Notes: a model not told the origin generated them from the sequence alone. Positions 1 through 12,348 are shown, counted from the first letter of the stretch. The stretch: 64,000 bases of DNA from a bacterium (GCA_032250835.1 JAVVEA010000002.1:310596-374595), one strand, 5' to 3'. Program-made: numbers and translations.

Positions 1-339
1 TTTCTCCTCGGGGTGTACCTCCGAATGATACAATTCAATGATTTTTTCCAGTCGATTGAGCTTTAATAGTGGATGATCCAGGCTCAAATAAAGGATGCTT
101 TTGGGTGGCTGCCCTGATTTGATCAAGTGATCAGCGGTCTGCTGTAAAATTGTGGTTTTGCCCACCCGGCGAGGTCCGGATAGTAGCGTAGCTCGCTGCA
201 AATGGAGATTGGACAGGTTAGCCAAACATGAGTTGAAAGCAATACGCTTAAAATCAGGTACTTTGAAGCTTTTGTCGCTCCACCATGGATTAAAACCATG
301 CAGAATTTGCAGCAGTTCCTGTTTGTCAAATATCCCCAT
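1..339 (-). CDS. AAA_14/DUF4143-type ATP-binding protein, 5' part (runs off the window)
   Basis: Manual translation from ATG at 339: MGIFDKQELLQILHGFNPWW...LLSGPRRVGKTTILQQ...ILYLSLDHP. The NPWW and GPRRVGKT Walker A motifs are typical of this family. Not in the ORF track. Confidence 0.85.
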   Translation of the reverse strand, partial: MGIFDKQELLQILHGFNPWWSDKSFKVPDFKRIAFNSCLANLSNLHLQRATLLSGPRRVGKTTILQQTADHLIKSGQPPKSILYLSLDHPLLKLNRLEKIIELYHSEVHPEEK

Positions 340-624
340 GTCACCTCAATCGAAGTATCTTCTGTGATAAGTCATAGTTGTATCTATCATTTTTACAAAT
401 AAAAATGAAATATAATTACTTTTTTGTAAAGTTTTGGATGGTTTGATCCTAAGGGATGGGACTTAGCCCCTGCTGCAGATAACCTACAAAAAATTTGGCC
501 GGGAATTGGGCTAGGCGCTTCGCGAACTCAATGAGGCCGGAACCATCATGCTGCTGGTCCAACAGATCAGCGACCCCAAGGATGGCAGCCTGCAAAACCT
601 AGCCACCTACCATTTGGGGACTGC

Positions 625-1884
625 TTAACGCACCTTAAAGAAGATCATCAGGGCGATGACCAACAAGAATACGGCGCGTAGGTGGTTGTTCCAGATCACC
701 TTGTTGTTGACCTGCTCGCGGTTGAGGTATTTGTCCTCGTCGGGGATATGTCCCCAGCCTAACTTGATCGCCCAGTCGTGCCAGATGCTGCGCACTTCGG
801 GGTCTTCTTCGCGGTAGGTCAGTAAGACTTGGGCATGGTGGTGGTAAGGTGCCCGGAAGAAGAAACGGTTCTTTTGGGCCCATTGGCGGCCGCGCTTCTT
901 GAGGGCGATTTTAAACCACACCCGCTGGATGATTACGCTCACGGCAGCGAGCACAAAGGAACCGCCCACGATAGGTAAGAATAACTCCGCGCCGACCAGC
1001 ACAAACATGGTGCAGATCGCCGCCCCTAAGCCCAAACTACCTACGTCGCCCATATAGATAGAGGCAGGCGGGCTGTTGAATTTTAAGAAGGCAAAACAGG
1101 CGGCAATCAAGCCAATGGCAAAGACCACCAGTTCCTTCAACTCAGGCGAAATAAAGAGAATTTTCAGCCGCTCAGCCCAGACGGCATCCCCGGCTACATA
1201 GGCCGCCGCCGCCACGAAGACGGTCGAGGTGATGATCGGCACCGAAGCCAGCGAATCCAACCCATCAGTCAGGTTGACCGCATTGGCTCCACCGACGATC
1301 ACCAAGATCACAAAGGGTATGAAGACCCACAAACTCAGCTCCGGCAGCCACGTTTTCATCGGGAAGCCGGGGATGTGTAGGTGCGTGTCCATCCCGCCAT
1401 TTTCGTAGGCCAACACCAGGATCACCAAAGTGGTGGCGAGCAATTCGAGCCCCAAGCGTATGCTGCCGCTGATTCCGTCGGCTTTATCTGCGTAATCCTT
1501 CTTTTCGGCCAGACCGGCCAGAATCCGCCTCTTTTGGCGTACCTTGCCCCAGTCGTCGGCGGCTCCGATGGCCGTGAAGGCGGCGGTGATGAACAACACC
1601 GCCAGGGAATACCGGTTGAGCCAGCCCCAGGCCAAAAAGGACAACATCAGGGCGGGCACCAAGACCAATCCACCCATAATTGGGGTCGCCCCCGCATAGG
1701 GCCCTTGGGATTCTTGATAAGGCGTAAAGTCTGAGGTGATCCCTTGGCGACGGAAAGTGCGGATCAGCCGGGGCATCACCGCGTTGACCAGCAAAAAACA
1801 GGTCAGATAGGTCAGGCCCGCCCGGAAAAAGACGGATTTGAATATTTGGTAGGGGAATATCCAATACAGCAGTTCAGCCAGCAT
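625..1884 (-). CDS. mraY: Phospho-N-acetylmuramoyl-pentapeptide transferase (divergent MraY)
   Basis: TPIMGG, DDWGK, NAVNLTDGLD, YMGDVGSLGLG and APYHHH motifs; multiple TM segments. Confidence 0.9.
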   Translation of the reverse strand: MLAELLYWIFPYQIFKSVFFRAGLTYLTCFLLVNAVMPRLIRTFRRQGITSDFTPYQESQGPYAGATPIMGGLVLVPALMLSFLAWGWLNRYSLAVLFITAAFTAIGAADDWGKVRQKRRILAGLAEKKDYADKADGISGSIRLGLELLATTLVILVLAYENGGMDTHLHIPGFPMKTWLPELSLWVFIPFVILVIVGGANAVNLTDGLDSLASVPIITSTVFVAAAAYVAGDAVWAERLKILFISPELKELVVFAIGLIAACFAFLKFNSPPASIYMGDVGSLGLGAAICTMFVLVGAELFLPIVGGSFVLAAVSVIIQRVWFKIALKKRGRQWAQKNRFFFRAPYHHHAQVLLTYREEDPEVRSIWHDWAIKLGWGHIPDEDKYLNREQVNNKVIWNNHLRAVFLLVIALMIFFKVR

Positions 1885-1885
1885 C

Positions 1886-2515
1886 TCAAATTCCTGCCAA
1901 GAACGGGTTGCTTGCCTTCTCTGCGCCGATGAAGCTGCTGGGGCCGTGGCCTGGATGGACCCGTAGACCTTCGTCTAGGGGCATCAATTTGTCTTTGAGG
2001 CTGCGCATCAATTGCTGGTAGTCTCCGCCCGGTAGGTCCGTGCGGCCAATGGAACCCGCAAAGAGGCTGTCGCCCGTAAAGAGGTCGTTCTCGACCTTCA
2101 AGCAAACCCCGCCGGGTGTGTGCCCCGGTGTTTCGATCACTTCAATCTCAAAGCTGCCCACTTTCACCCGCATGCCTTCGACCAGGTCCTGGTCGCGCCG
2201 GGGCACCTTGCCGTCACCAAAGCCGTAGAAGGATTGAGAAGGGATCAGCATTTTGAGCAGCATATCTTCGTTGGCGTGGGCATAAAAAGGCAGGTCCCAA
2301 AGCTCTTGTAACGCCGCCACCGCTGAAACATGGTCCACGTGGCAGTGGGTGTTGATCAGGATTTTGGGGGTCAAGCCCAACCGCTGGACCTCGGCGGCGA
2401 TGCGCGGGGCCTCGTCACCGGCGTCGATGACCGCCGCCTCATGGGTTTCGGGGCAATAGACGATGAAGCAGCACTCCACCAGGGGGGAAACCTCGATCCG
2501 CACGAATTTATGCAT
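1886..2515 (-). CDS. MBL-fold metallo-hydrolase (glyoxalase II/YcbL-like)
   Basis: THCHVDH, TPGHTPG, FTGDSLF and PGHG motifs; start taken at ATG 2515, overlapping the lysS stop. Confidence 0.88.
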   Translation of the reverse strand: MHKFVRIEVSPLVECCFIVYCPETHEAAVIDAGDEAPRIAAEVQRLGLTPKILINTHCHVDHVSAVAALQELWDLPFYAHANEDMLLKMLIPSQSFYGFGDGKVPRRDQDLVEGMRVKVGSFEIEVIETPGHTPGGVCLKVENDLFTGDSLFAGSIGRTDLPGGDYQQLMRSLKDKLMPLDEGLRVHPGHGPSSFIGAEKASNPFLAGI

Positions 2516-4085
2516 TGAGTCTCTTACACGCATCGGTAACCATCTGGTGGGCCTTGTCGACCCCCATGATGGCAAAGAAGGGGCCGATTTTCGGTCCCTG
2601 CGATTTCCCCAAAAGCGCCCCATATAAAAAGCCAAACCACTCGCGTGGGTTGCGGTCTACCTCTTTGGCCAAGCTGAACAATTTGGTTTGCAATTCTTCG
2701 CCGTCCAAGCCCGCATTGGCCGGATCGGCCAGTAGCTGCTCCAACTGTTTGAGCTGGTCCATAAAGCTCAGGTCCAGTTCCGGTGCTGCTTCCTTCTGGC
2801 CCGCCGCTTGATCTTGGGCGAGCAGACAGATGCGCAAGCAAAGGTCGCGGAAGAAATCTTCTTGTTCGCCTACGGCGGGATCATACTTTAAGGCGTAGTC
2901 GTAGAGCAAGTCCGCCTCATAGATGCTTAACGCATCAGCCAAGTTAAAGAGCAGGGCATAAGAGGTTTCCGACTTCAGTTGCGGCTGATCACTTAGGTCG
3001 TGGCCTTGGATGCGGGCCAGATACCAAGGAGCCGTAAACGCTTCGGCGCTGACATCGGCGCGGATAGCCTGTAGGTATTCGTCCACCAAACGCGGCAAGA
3101 GGGGCAGGCCCATCTTTTTGGCCTTGTTCGGGTTGCCCAGCAAGAAATTGAGCAACGCTCCGAGTGGGGCATAGCGGGTCCATTGGTCCATGCTGATGCC
3201 GTTGCCGATCTTTTTGCTGATCTTCGCGCCTTCTTCGTCTAAGAACAGCTCGTATTTATAGGGCACCGGAGCCTTACCGCCCAGGGCGCGGCAGATCTTT
3301 CCCGAGAGGCTGGCCGACTCCATCAGGTCCTTGCCGTACATCTCGTAATCCACCCCGTAAACAAACCAGCGCAGCGCCCAGTCCACCTTCCATCCGACTT
3401 TGGCCTGGCCGTCTAAGATACTGGTTTTTCCTTGGTGGCCGCAGGATTGGTAAAGCTCGCCGTCTTTATCGCAGACATAATCTAAGGCGTAGCCTTCGCG
3501 GTCGGTGCCCACCACCCGAGTGGTGTATATTTTCCCACAGCTTTCACAGATCGGGAAGAAGGGGCTCCAATCGTCGCGCTTGTCTTCGGCGATGGTTTTG
3601 ATGAAGAGGTCACGGACCTGATCATAATGGTCCATCACCGCTTTGAGGCCTTCGTTAAAGCGGCCTGAGCGGTAGGCTTCGGTGCTGGATTGGTATTCGT
3701 AGTCAAAGCCGTAGTGGTCTAAAAACTCCCGCAGCTTGCCATTCATGTGGCCGCTGAAGCTGTCGGCCGTTTCAAAGGGATCGGGAATCTGTGAGAGCGG
3801 CTTGCCCAAGTGCGGGCGCAGCAAATCATGGTTGGGCACGTTCTCGGGCAGGCTGCGCAGGCCGTCCATGTCGTCGCAAAACACCACCAGCTTAGTCTGG
3901 GCCTTGGGCTCCAGTTGCTTGAGTGCCTCGATCACAAAGAGGGTGCGGACCACCTCGGCAAAGGTGCCGATGTGCGGTAGTCCCGATGGACCAAAGCCGG
4001 TCTCAAAAAAGATCGGTCGGTCCAGGTCACCATGTTGGTCGAGAATTTTTTGGGCCTCTTGCTGGGGCCATGCGACGATGGGCAT
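2508..4085 (-). CDS. lysS: Lysine--tRNA ligase, class I
   Basis: ETGFGPSGLPHIGT (HIGH-like), WKVDWALRW, YEMYGKDL and KISKK (KMSKS-like) motifs. Confidence 0.93.
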   Translation of the reverse strand: MPIVAWPQQEAQKILDQHGDLDRPIFFETGFGPSGLPHIGTFAEVVRTLFVIEALKQLEPKAQTKLVVFCDDMDGLRSLPENVPNHDLLRPHLGKPLSQIPDPFETADSFSGHMNGKLREFLDHYGFDYEYQSSTEAYRSGRFNEGLKAVMDHYDQVRDLFIKTIAEDKRDDWSPFFPICESCGKIYTTRVVGTDREGYALDYVCDKDGELYQSCGHQGKTSILDGQAKVGWKVDWALRWFVYGVDYEMYGKDLMESASLSGKICRALGGKAPVPYKYELFLDEEGAKISKKIGNGISMDQWTRYAPLGALLNFLLGNPNKAKKMGLPLLPRLVDEYLQAIRADVSAEAFTAPWYLARIQGHDLSDQPQLKSETSYALLFNLADALSIYEADLLYDYALKYDPAVGEQEDFFRDLCLRICLLAQDQAAGQKEAAPELDLSFMDQLKQLEQLLADPANAGLDGEELQTKLFSLAKEVDRNPREWFGFLYGALLGKSQGPKIGPFFAIMGVDKAHQMVTDACKRLNA

Positions 4086-4105
4086 AGGTCTGGGTACTCC
4101 GGTGG

Positions 4106-4915
4106 TTATTCTGGGGTTTCTACAAGGCGGATTTCAGCAATTTTCGGACGTTCTAAGGGCTGGGCAATGTCCAGGACCACTTCGGCCTTCTGGCGGCCTC
4201 TGGTGCCGACAGCGGTCAAACCGTAGGTGATATGGTCGTAGGCATAGGTTACGTCGGGCCAATAGGTGAACTCTTGCAACTCACCGATCTGGGCCAACAG
4301 TTGCCGGTCTTGGCGCAACGCCTCGGAGGCCATCAGATAACCCTGGCTTTTCTTGATGCTGATCGGTTGGGCGAAGGTGTAAAGACTCCACAGCGCCGAA
4401 ACCAGGGTCATGGCGGCCAAGGCCTTGTGGGTCACCCGGCGTACCTTAGGCGGCTTGACCACTTCGGCCACCAGGGTCAGGGCGTATTTGTCGCCTAAGC
4501 GGCGGGCATAGTCGTCGAGCAGCATCACCACAATTTCTATAGGCAGCAAGATCAGAAAGAGGTTGCGCTTGATCCGCTGGCTCTGGTCGGCGAGGACCAA
4601 ATTAGGGTCCACCTTGGCGACATAGAGATTTAAAAAGGCTTTGCCGATGCTCTGCCCGGCAATGCTGTCGCGCAGAACAAAGAGCGCTAGGCCAATGAGA
4701 TAGACCGGGATCAATTGAACCACCAAATCCTGGGTGCCCATTAGGTCCCAATCATTGGGCAAGAAGAAGGGATAAATCCCGGCGAGCACCAACATGATCC
4801 AGGTATAATCGACCATAAAGGCCAAGTAGCGCTTGGCGGTGGTGGCGATTTGCCGGGGAAACTGTTCGGACCTTTCAGGTTGCGAGTCGGCTAAGAACTT
4901 TTTGATGAATCCCAT
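4106..4915 (-). CDS. RDD-family membrane protein with a C-terminal soluble domain
   Basis: KRYLAFMVD, GQSIGKAFL, KRNL and RRLGDKYALTLV match the RDD pattern. Confidence 0.75.
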   Translation of the reverse strand: MGFIKKFLADSQPERSEQFPRQIATTAKRYLAFMVDYTWIMLVLAGIYPFFLPNDWDLMGTQDLVVQLIPVYLIGLALFVLRDSIAGQSIGKAFLNLYVAKVDPNLVLADQSQRIKRNLFLILLPIEIVVMLLDDYARRLGDKYALTLVAEVVKPPKVRRVTHKALAAMTLVSALWSLYTFAQPISIKKSQGYLMASEALRQDRQLLAQIGELQEFTYWPDVTYAYDHITYGLTAVGTRGRQKAEVVLDIAQPLERPKIAEIRLVETPE

Positions 4916-6841
4916 CTATGGTCCCAAGATCAGGAGGTATCCCCCTGGATGATTGCGGTCGGCGCGCAGGTCACGCACCAGCCCGAAGCCCTCGGCCCTT
5001 GCTACAATGCCCTCGCGGCCCGCCAAAAAGAGCGCCTCGCGTAGGCTTTTGCCCAGCAATAGGTGTTTGATGCGGCGTAGGTCCTTATCCTTGCCGAGAA
5101 CGGCGGTCTTGTCCAGTCTTTGGGCCTGGGCGCGGCTCAGTGCGGTGGCCTCGGACTCGAAGGGCGCTTGGCCCGAAGGGTCCAAGTCCCTGATACGCTC
5201 GGTGATTTTTCGAAAAACCGGGGCAGCGCTGCGCCCGCCTAGGTAGGTGCCTTTGGGCTCGTCGATCATGACGTATAAGGTGACCCAGGGGCGCTCGGCG
5301 GGAAAGAAGCCGATGAAGGAAGAGATGTGTTTTTGGGCCGAATACTCGCCCTTTTCGCGGTCGAATTTGCGGCTGGTACCGCTCTTGGCGGCAATATTCA
5401 GTCCCCTGATGGCCGCCAACCGCCCGGTTCCTTCGGGTTCGGTGACCGAAACCATATAACGGGTCATTAGTTTGGCTACCTCGGGGTCCAGTAAACGGTG
5501 GCGGTCCTGTTCGGGCAGCTCTAAGGGCTGTCCGCCCGAGGTCTTCATCCAGTCCACAATCCGGGGTTCGACATAAACCCCGTCGTTGGCAATGGCATTG
5601 ATCGCTGCGGCCATCTGGACCGGAGTGACGCTGATGGCGTGGCCGTAAGACATGGTGGCCACTTTGACGGGGGTCCAGTCCTGGGGCTCATAGACCTTAC
5701 CGGCCGACTCGGCGGGAAGGCCTAGGCGGGTGGTCTGGCCGAAGCCGAAACTGCGGATGCTCTGGTAAAAGGTATCTTTGGGCAGCAGCAGGCCGATTTT
5801 AGCGGCGCAGATGTTTGAGGATTTTTGGATGATCTTTTCTAAAGAAAGCCAGCCATATTCGCCCACGTCGTGGATCACCCGGTCTTGGATCTGGTAACTG
5901 CCTTCTTCGCAATAAAAGAAGTCTTCGGCACCGACCACCTTGTTTTGCAAAGCCGTCGAAAGGGTGACTACCTTGAAGGTAGAGCCGGGCTCATAGGCAA
6001 CGCCAATGGCACGGTTAAAATAGGTGCTGCGGTCAAATTTTTCGAATTTGTTGGGGTCAAAGTCAGGCTGGTTGGCCATGGCCAGAATGCGGCCCGTCTT
6101 GGTTTCCATCAAGATAGCCACGCCGCCGATGCCCTCTAGGGCTTTGAGCCCTTTATTCAACTCGTCTTCAACGTAATATTGTAACCGGCTGTCTAAGGTC
6201 AGGCCGATGTCCCCACCGGTCAAGCGGTCTACCGGCGAACCGGTGACTACGCTGGCCCAGGTCTCTTGGCGGTCTGAGCCGTCCATTAGGTGCTGGTTGT
6301 AGCGGTATTCTAGTCCCTCTAACCCCTTGGAGTCGATGCCCACAAAGCCCAGCAATTGGGCGGCGTGGTTTTGTAGTGGGTAAAAGCGTTGGTATTCGGG
6401 CATGCTGTGCACCCCGGCTAAGTCTAACTCAGTGACCATCTCGGCGAGCAGCGGGTGGACCTGCCGCTTGAGCCAAGCGAAGGGGCCCGGCTCGCTGACC
6501 TTGCGGTATAAAGCCTCGGCCCCGGTGCCCAGGAGGGGAGACAGGTTGCGGGCCAACTCGACCGGTTCGGTCACTTCTGGGGGCACCACAAAAAGGCTTT
6601 GCATCGGGATCGAGACGGCCAAAAGGCTGCCCGAAGCATCAGAGATGGTGCCTCGCTGCAATTGGATGTCCTTGGCTTGGCGGTATTGCCTTGCCGCACG
6701 GCGTTCCAGGTCGTCTTTAAGGTAGACTTGCAGGTATAAGGAACGGCCCAAAATAGCCGCAACAGCCAAAAAAAACAGGATTTTTACGAACTTGAGGCGC
6801 TGAGAAAAGCTGCGCTCTGCCAGATCTTTAGTCAGACCCAT
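4916..6841 (-). CDS. ftsI: Class B penicillin-binding protein (FtsI/PBP3)
   Basis: N-terminal TM, RGTISD, GLEGLE, SxxK (STFK), SxN (SSN) and KSG motifs; follows rsmH-ftsL. Confidence 0.9.
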   Translation of the reverse strand: MGLTKDLAERSFSQRLKFVKILFFLAVAAILGRSLYLQVYLKDDLERRAARQYRQAKDIQLQRGTISDASGSLLAVSIPMQSLFVVPPEVTEPVELARNLSPLLGTGAEALYRKVSEPGPFAWLKRQVHPLLAEMVTELDLAGVHSMPEYQRFYPLQNHAAQLLGFVGIDSKGLEGLEYRYNQHLMDGSDRQETWASVVTGSPVDRLTGGDIGLTLDSRLQYYVEDELNKGLKALEGIGGVAILMETKTGRILAMANQPDFDPNKFEKFDRSTYFNRAIGVAYEPGSTFKVVTLSTALQNKVVGAEDFFYCEEGSYQIQDRVIHDVGEYGWLSLEKIIQKSSNICAAKIGLLLPKDTFYQSIRSFGFGQTTRLGLPAESAGKVYEPQDWTPVKVATMSYGHAISVTPVQMAAAINAIANDGVYVEPRIVDWMKTSGGQPLELPEQDRHRLLDPEVAKLMTRYMVSVTEPEGTGRLAAIRGLNIAAKSGTSRKFDREKGEYSAQKHISSFIGFFPAERPWVTLYVMIDEPKGTYLGGRSAAPVFRKITERIRDLDPSGQAPFESEATALSRAQAQRLDKTAVLGKDKDLRRIKHLLLGKSLREALFLAGREGIVARAEGFGLVRDLRADRNHPGGYLLILGP

Positions 6842-7251
6842 TATTCCTCCGCCGCCGCAGAGGTGTCCGCAGGGGTCTCAAGGAGCTCGGCTTCAACCGG
6901 CGCGGCCGCCGGAGGTACCGGAGGAGCGAGGGTAAACTTTTGCCACTCACCAGGACGCTCCAAACCCATCACGGTCGCTCTGGCTTCGACCCGGCTGATC
7001 CGCGTCAAGTAGGTTTCTTCGAGCTTTAGGGGTAAAATTTCAGCCAGTAGCTTTTGCTTTTCTTTCATCAATGTTTTGATCCGCCGTTCGGTGCGGATGA
7101 ATTCCACGCGCTGCTGCACAAAATAAAAAGCCACCCCAAACAAAAGGGCCCAGGCGAGCAGCATACGCAAACTGCCGCGCTTGCGGGTACCCGATGATTT
7201 GCGGACCAGCCGCGAACTGGTCGGGCGGCCAAAACTAGGGTAGTCCTTCAT
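6841..7251 (-). CDS. ftsL: Cell division protein FtsL-like
   Basis: Basic N-terminus, one TM, coiled coil ending RVEARATVMGL; lies between rsmH and ftsI; ATG 7251 overlaps the rsmH stop. Confidence 0.65.
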   Translation of the reverse strand: MKDYPSFGRPTSSRLVRKSSGTRKRGSLRMLLAWALLFGVAFYFVQQRVEFIRTERRIKTLMKEKQKLLAEILPLKLEETYLTRISRVEARATVMGLERPGEWQKFTLAPPVPPAAAPVEAELLETPADTSAAAEE

Positions 7252-8174
7252 TGGCGCTCGAAGATTCGGAGTTTTGCGCTGCGGGCGCGGGGGTTCATGG
7301 CGATTTCTTCCTCGCTGGCGGTTACCGGCTTTTTGGTCACCCGATGACCCAAAGGCAGTCGCCCGCATTGGCAATAGGGAATTTGTGGCGGACAAATGCA
7401 TGGGCTTTCCCATTGGACAAAGGCCTGTTTGACCGGGCGGTCCTCTAGGGAATGGAATGAAATGATGGCAAGTCTACCGCCCAAATTCAAGAGCTCCTTA
7501 GCAGATTCCAAAAATCTATCCAATTGGCCCAATTCGTCGTTCACTGCAATCCGAAGCGCCTGGAACACCTTGGTGGCCGGGTGGATTTTTTTGGGGTGCA
7601 GTTTGCGGGGGATGGCACCGAAGACTAGGTCGGCTAGTTGGGCCGTTTCGGTGAGGGGTTCCTGCGTTCGTCTGGCGCAAATCCGGGCGGCAATCCTCGG
7701 GGCAAAGCTTTCCTCACCGTAGCGGTAGAAGATTTGGGTCAGCTCCTTTTCGTCTGCTTGGGCCAGCAATTCGGCGACGCTTTGGCCCTGACTCGGGTCC
7801 ATACGCATATCCAACGGACCGTTTTGGCCAAAGGAAAAGCCCCGCTCGGCTCGGTCTAGTTGGTGGCTGGAAACTCCTAGATCGGCCAAGATGTAGTCCA
7901 CCTTTAGGCCCTCTTCTTGGTACGCTACGGCCTGCTCGGCAAAGGCCCCTTTGCGGATTTTGGCGCGGGTCCCAAAGGGCTCTAAGGCGATTTTTGCCGC
8001 CGCCAGGGCCTGTTCGTCTCGGTCGCTACCGATCAGCGATAGCTCGGGGAATTGGCGCAGCAAAGCCGCCGAATGGCCGCCGCCACCTAGGGTGAAATCA
8101 AGGCATAGCTTGGCTGTAGCGGGGCAGAAGGAGAGCACCTCATCAAGCAATACGGGACGATGGGAAAAGGACAT
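7248..8174 (-). CDS. rsmH: 16S rRNA m4C1402 methyltransferase
   Basis: HRPVLLDE, DFTLGGGGHS, DLGVSSHQLD, FQALRIAVNDEL, SFHSLEDR and NPRARSAKLR motifs. Confidence 0.96.
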   Translation of the reverse strand: MSFSHRPVLLDEVLSFCPATAKLCLDFTLGGGGHSAALLRQFPELSLIGSDRDEQALAAAKIALEPFGTRAKIRKGAFAEQAVAYQEEGLKVDYILADLGVSSHQLDRAERGFSFGQNGPLDMRMDPSQGQSVAELLAQADEKELTQIFYRYGEESFAPRIAARICARRTQEPLTETAQLADLVFGAIPRKLHPKKIHPATKVFQALRIAVNDELGQLDRFLESAKELLNLGGRLAIISFHSLEDRPVKQAFVQWESPCICPPQIPYCQCGRLPLGHRVTKKPVTASEEEIAMNPRARSAKLRIFERQ

Positions 8175-8307
8175 GATGGCGAACCTTTGGGTTAGGCCCT
8201 GATCTTGCTAGAATGGGGCCTGGATGAAAAGCCCAAAAGGCATTTGCATTGCCCCCAAAAGTCGGGCGTGGTAAATTAACTAATGGGCGCAGCACTTAAG
8301 AGGCCAA

Positions 8308-10059
8308 TTGATGTTCAACGACCTGTTTAAAAGTAACGAAGAGAGAGCCCGAGAAGAGGCTTTCAAACACTTCCAACTGGGCATGACGCACCTTGAAGGC
8401 AAGTTCTTCAACCGCGCCATGATCGAGTTTAAGAAAGCCATGGATTTGGCCCATGAGGAAGTCTACCCTCGTTTGATGCAGGAGCTAGACGCCGCCTCTA
8501 GTGGAGGGCAGCTTGAAGCGGCCCTCTCGATTGGCTTGAACCTACTCAAAGAAAACCAGCAGGACTTTGAACTAGCCAACAAACTGGGCAACTATGCCCG
8601 TGAATTGGGCAACTATAACCAAGCCGAATCGCTGTACAAGATGGCGCTGCGCATCAACCGCAAATTTGAGCGCGCCTTTTACAACCTTGCTGCCTGCGGG
8701 GCGCGGGTCGAAGTGTATGACGACCAGGTCAAGAGTGCCGTTTCGGTCTTTGAGAAGATATCCGACTATGTCCTACCCGACTATATGGGCGAAAACCCTG
8801 ACCCGGCCGGTCATATTGCCGGATATTTGGGCGAAAAACTAGCTGCCGCAAAGGCCCAAAAGATCGAAGATCTGCAAAAGCAAATCGCCCACCACCAAGA
8901 AGTGGGTAATTCCATTGAGGCCGAAAGCGTTCAAATGGACTTAGACCACACCATGGCCCTACCAGTGCGGGTCGGGCCTAAAGAGGTGATCGATGAATTC
9001 AAGCGCTTGATTGACGAAGATGCCGAACATGCCAAGACCCACCGCTACAACCTGGGCCTCTATGCGCTTTCGGTCAACATGCCCCATGAAGCCCAAGAGG
9101 CCTTTGCCGCCTTGCCACCCGCCGAGTTCGACCTGCTTGACCTGTTGCAGGCCATCGCTTTGGATCAATCGGGCAAACTAGATGAGGCGATTGATCGGGT
9201 CACCCGGATTTTGGGGGCCAACGAGTTCAACCGCTATTCTAACGTCAACTTAGGTTTGATGTTCAAAAAGGCGGGCAAGCACTTCCTCTCGACCAAATAT
9301 CTGGTCAAGACGGCCCATCTGCTGGAAAAATCCGGTGGGATCTATTCGATGCGCGAGTTGGTGCGGATCGCTTACGCCAGCTTGGAAGAAGGCAACCTGA
9401 AAAAGGCGCGCAACTATCTAGAAATTGCCGTCACCGAGATGCCCGACGCGAAGATGTGGAATACTTTGGGCCGGATTTATGTGGAACTCAAGAAGTACGA
9501 CGAGGCCACCGAAGCCTACCGCAAGGTGCTTAAACTGGAGCCCGACAACGAAGAAGCCCAGGCGAAACTACGCGAAATCCATGACTATTACGCCGACAAG
9601 GGCCGGTCTTTAGAAACCGAGCGCAAGCTCAAACCGGCGGCGGAATACTACCACAAGGCCTTAGGCGTTCTGCGCGACCCCGACACGCTCAAGTCAGCCG
9701 CGTCGGTCTATAAATCGCTGGGGAACATGGACAAGGCCGATGAGTTGATTTTGGAACTGCACGCCATGGAGCAGCAAGAAAAGGATCTTAAGGCCGAAGA
9801 GAACCGCCAAGAAAAGATTAAAACGGCCAAAGCCGCGATCCAAGGGCGCAAGTACCGCGAGGCCATGGAAAACCTAGAAGCGGCTTTCCGTATGAAAGTA
9901 GATAAAAACGTTTACCTACAGCTTTCTGCGCTTTACAAGGCCCTAAAGAAGTTCACTGAGATGGAAGACCTGACCCACCGGTGGCAGAAGATGCTAGAGC
10001 ACGAAGAGAAGATGAAGCTTTACGAGCGCGAGAAAGAACGCGCCTTAAGCGGGGAGTGA
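8308..10059 (+). CDS. Tetratricopeptide-repeat protein
   Basis: Repeated TPR-like helices, e.g. WNTLGRIYVELKKYDEATEAYRKVLKLEPDN. Confidence 0.8.
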   Translation: MMFNDLFKSNEERAREEAFKHFQLGMTHLEGKFFNRAMIEFKKAMDLAHEEVYPRLMQELDAASSGGQLEAALSIGLNLLKENQQDFELANKLGNYARELGNYNQAESLYKMALRINRKFERAFYNLAACGARVEVYDDQVKSAVSVFEKISDYVLPDYMGENPDPAGHIAGYLGEKLAAAKAQKIEDLQKQIAHHQEVGNSIEAESVQMDLDHTMALPVRVGPKEVIDEFKRLIDEDAEHAKTHRYNLGLYALSVNMPHEAQEAFAALPPAEFDLLDLLQAIALDQSGKLDEAIDRVTRILGANEFNRYSNVNLGLMFKKAGKHFLSTKYLVKTAHLLEKSGGIYSMRELVRIAYASLEEGNLKKARNYLEIAVTEMPDAKMWNTLGRIYVELKKYDEATEAYRKVLKLEPDNEEAQAKLREIHDYYADKGRSLETERKLKPAAEYYHKALGVLRDPDTLKSAASVYKSLGNMDKADELILELHAMEQQEKDLKAEENRQEKIKTAKAAIQGRKYREAMENLEAAFRMKVDKNVYLQLSALYKALKKFTEMEDLTHRWQKMLEHEEKMKLYEREKERALSGE

Positions 10060-10061
10060 GC

Positions 10062-10283
10062 CTAGCGCTCTTCTTCGATTTCGCGGATGAGTTCTTGGAT
10101 GGAAGCGCAGTCCGTTTGGGGCTCGTTTACATAAGACATCAAACGAGCGATCAGACGGCGCTGGACCCGTTCTTCGATGCTCGTCCCTTCCACGGCGCGT
10201 TGGATCAACGCGACACATTCCTTGATTTTATCTTGAGCCCGGTAGAGTTGCTCTACCCGCTCTTTGGTCACCGCTTTTAACAT
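10062..10283 (-). CDS. Small helical hypothetical protein (73 aa)
   Basis: ATG at 10283 preceded by GAGGAGG; MLKAVTKERVEQLYRAQDK... Confidence 0.6.
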   Translation of the reverse strand: MLKAVTKERVEQLYRAQDKIKECVALIQRAVEGTSIEERVQRRLIARLMSYVNEPQTDCASIQELIREIEEER

Positions 10284-10383
10284 CTCCGCCTCCTCATTAG
10301 ATGTTTTCAGTATAGTCCAAGCCCCCAGCATTTGGGAGCTTGTAATTTAACTGAAAACCTGTTTAGGCGAACAAACGTACTTT

Positions 10384-12153
<1,770 letters not shown>

Positions 12154-12348
12154 CTAGGCCAGAACGGGGGACAGACGAGTTGGGTCTTTTGGGGGATATC
12201 TATAAGCCCATAACAAAAGGCAGGAGGCATGTTTTTTAAAATATTCGAATAAAAACCAAAAAAAGTTAGGTGTCTTTTATATCTTATGCTAGCCTGCCCA
12301 GAACTTCATTTTCTCAATCAAACAACAAATATTTTCGGAGAATATACC

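Noticed and set aside
467-628. Coding-like stretch PLLQITYKKFGRELG*ALRELNEAG... with an in-frame TAG (possible readthrough or pseudogene)
   Set aside because: No start codon or RBS, no recognisable family, and no evidence of recoding; at most a small gene remnant.
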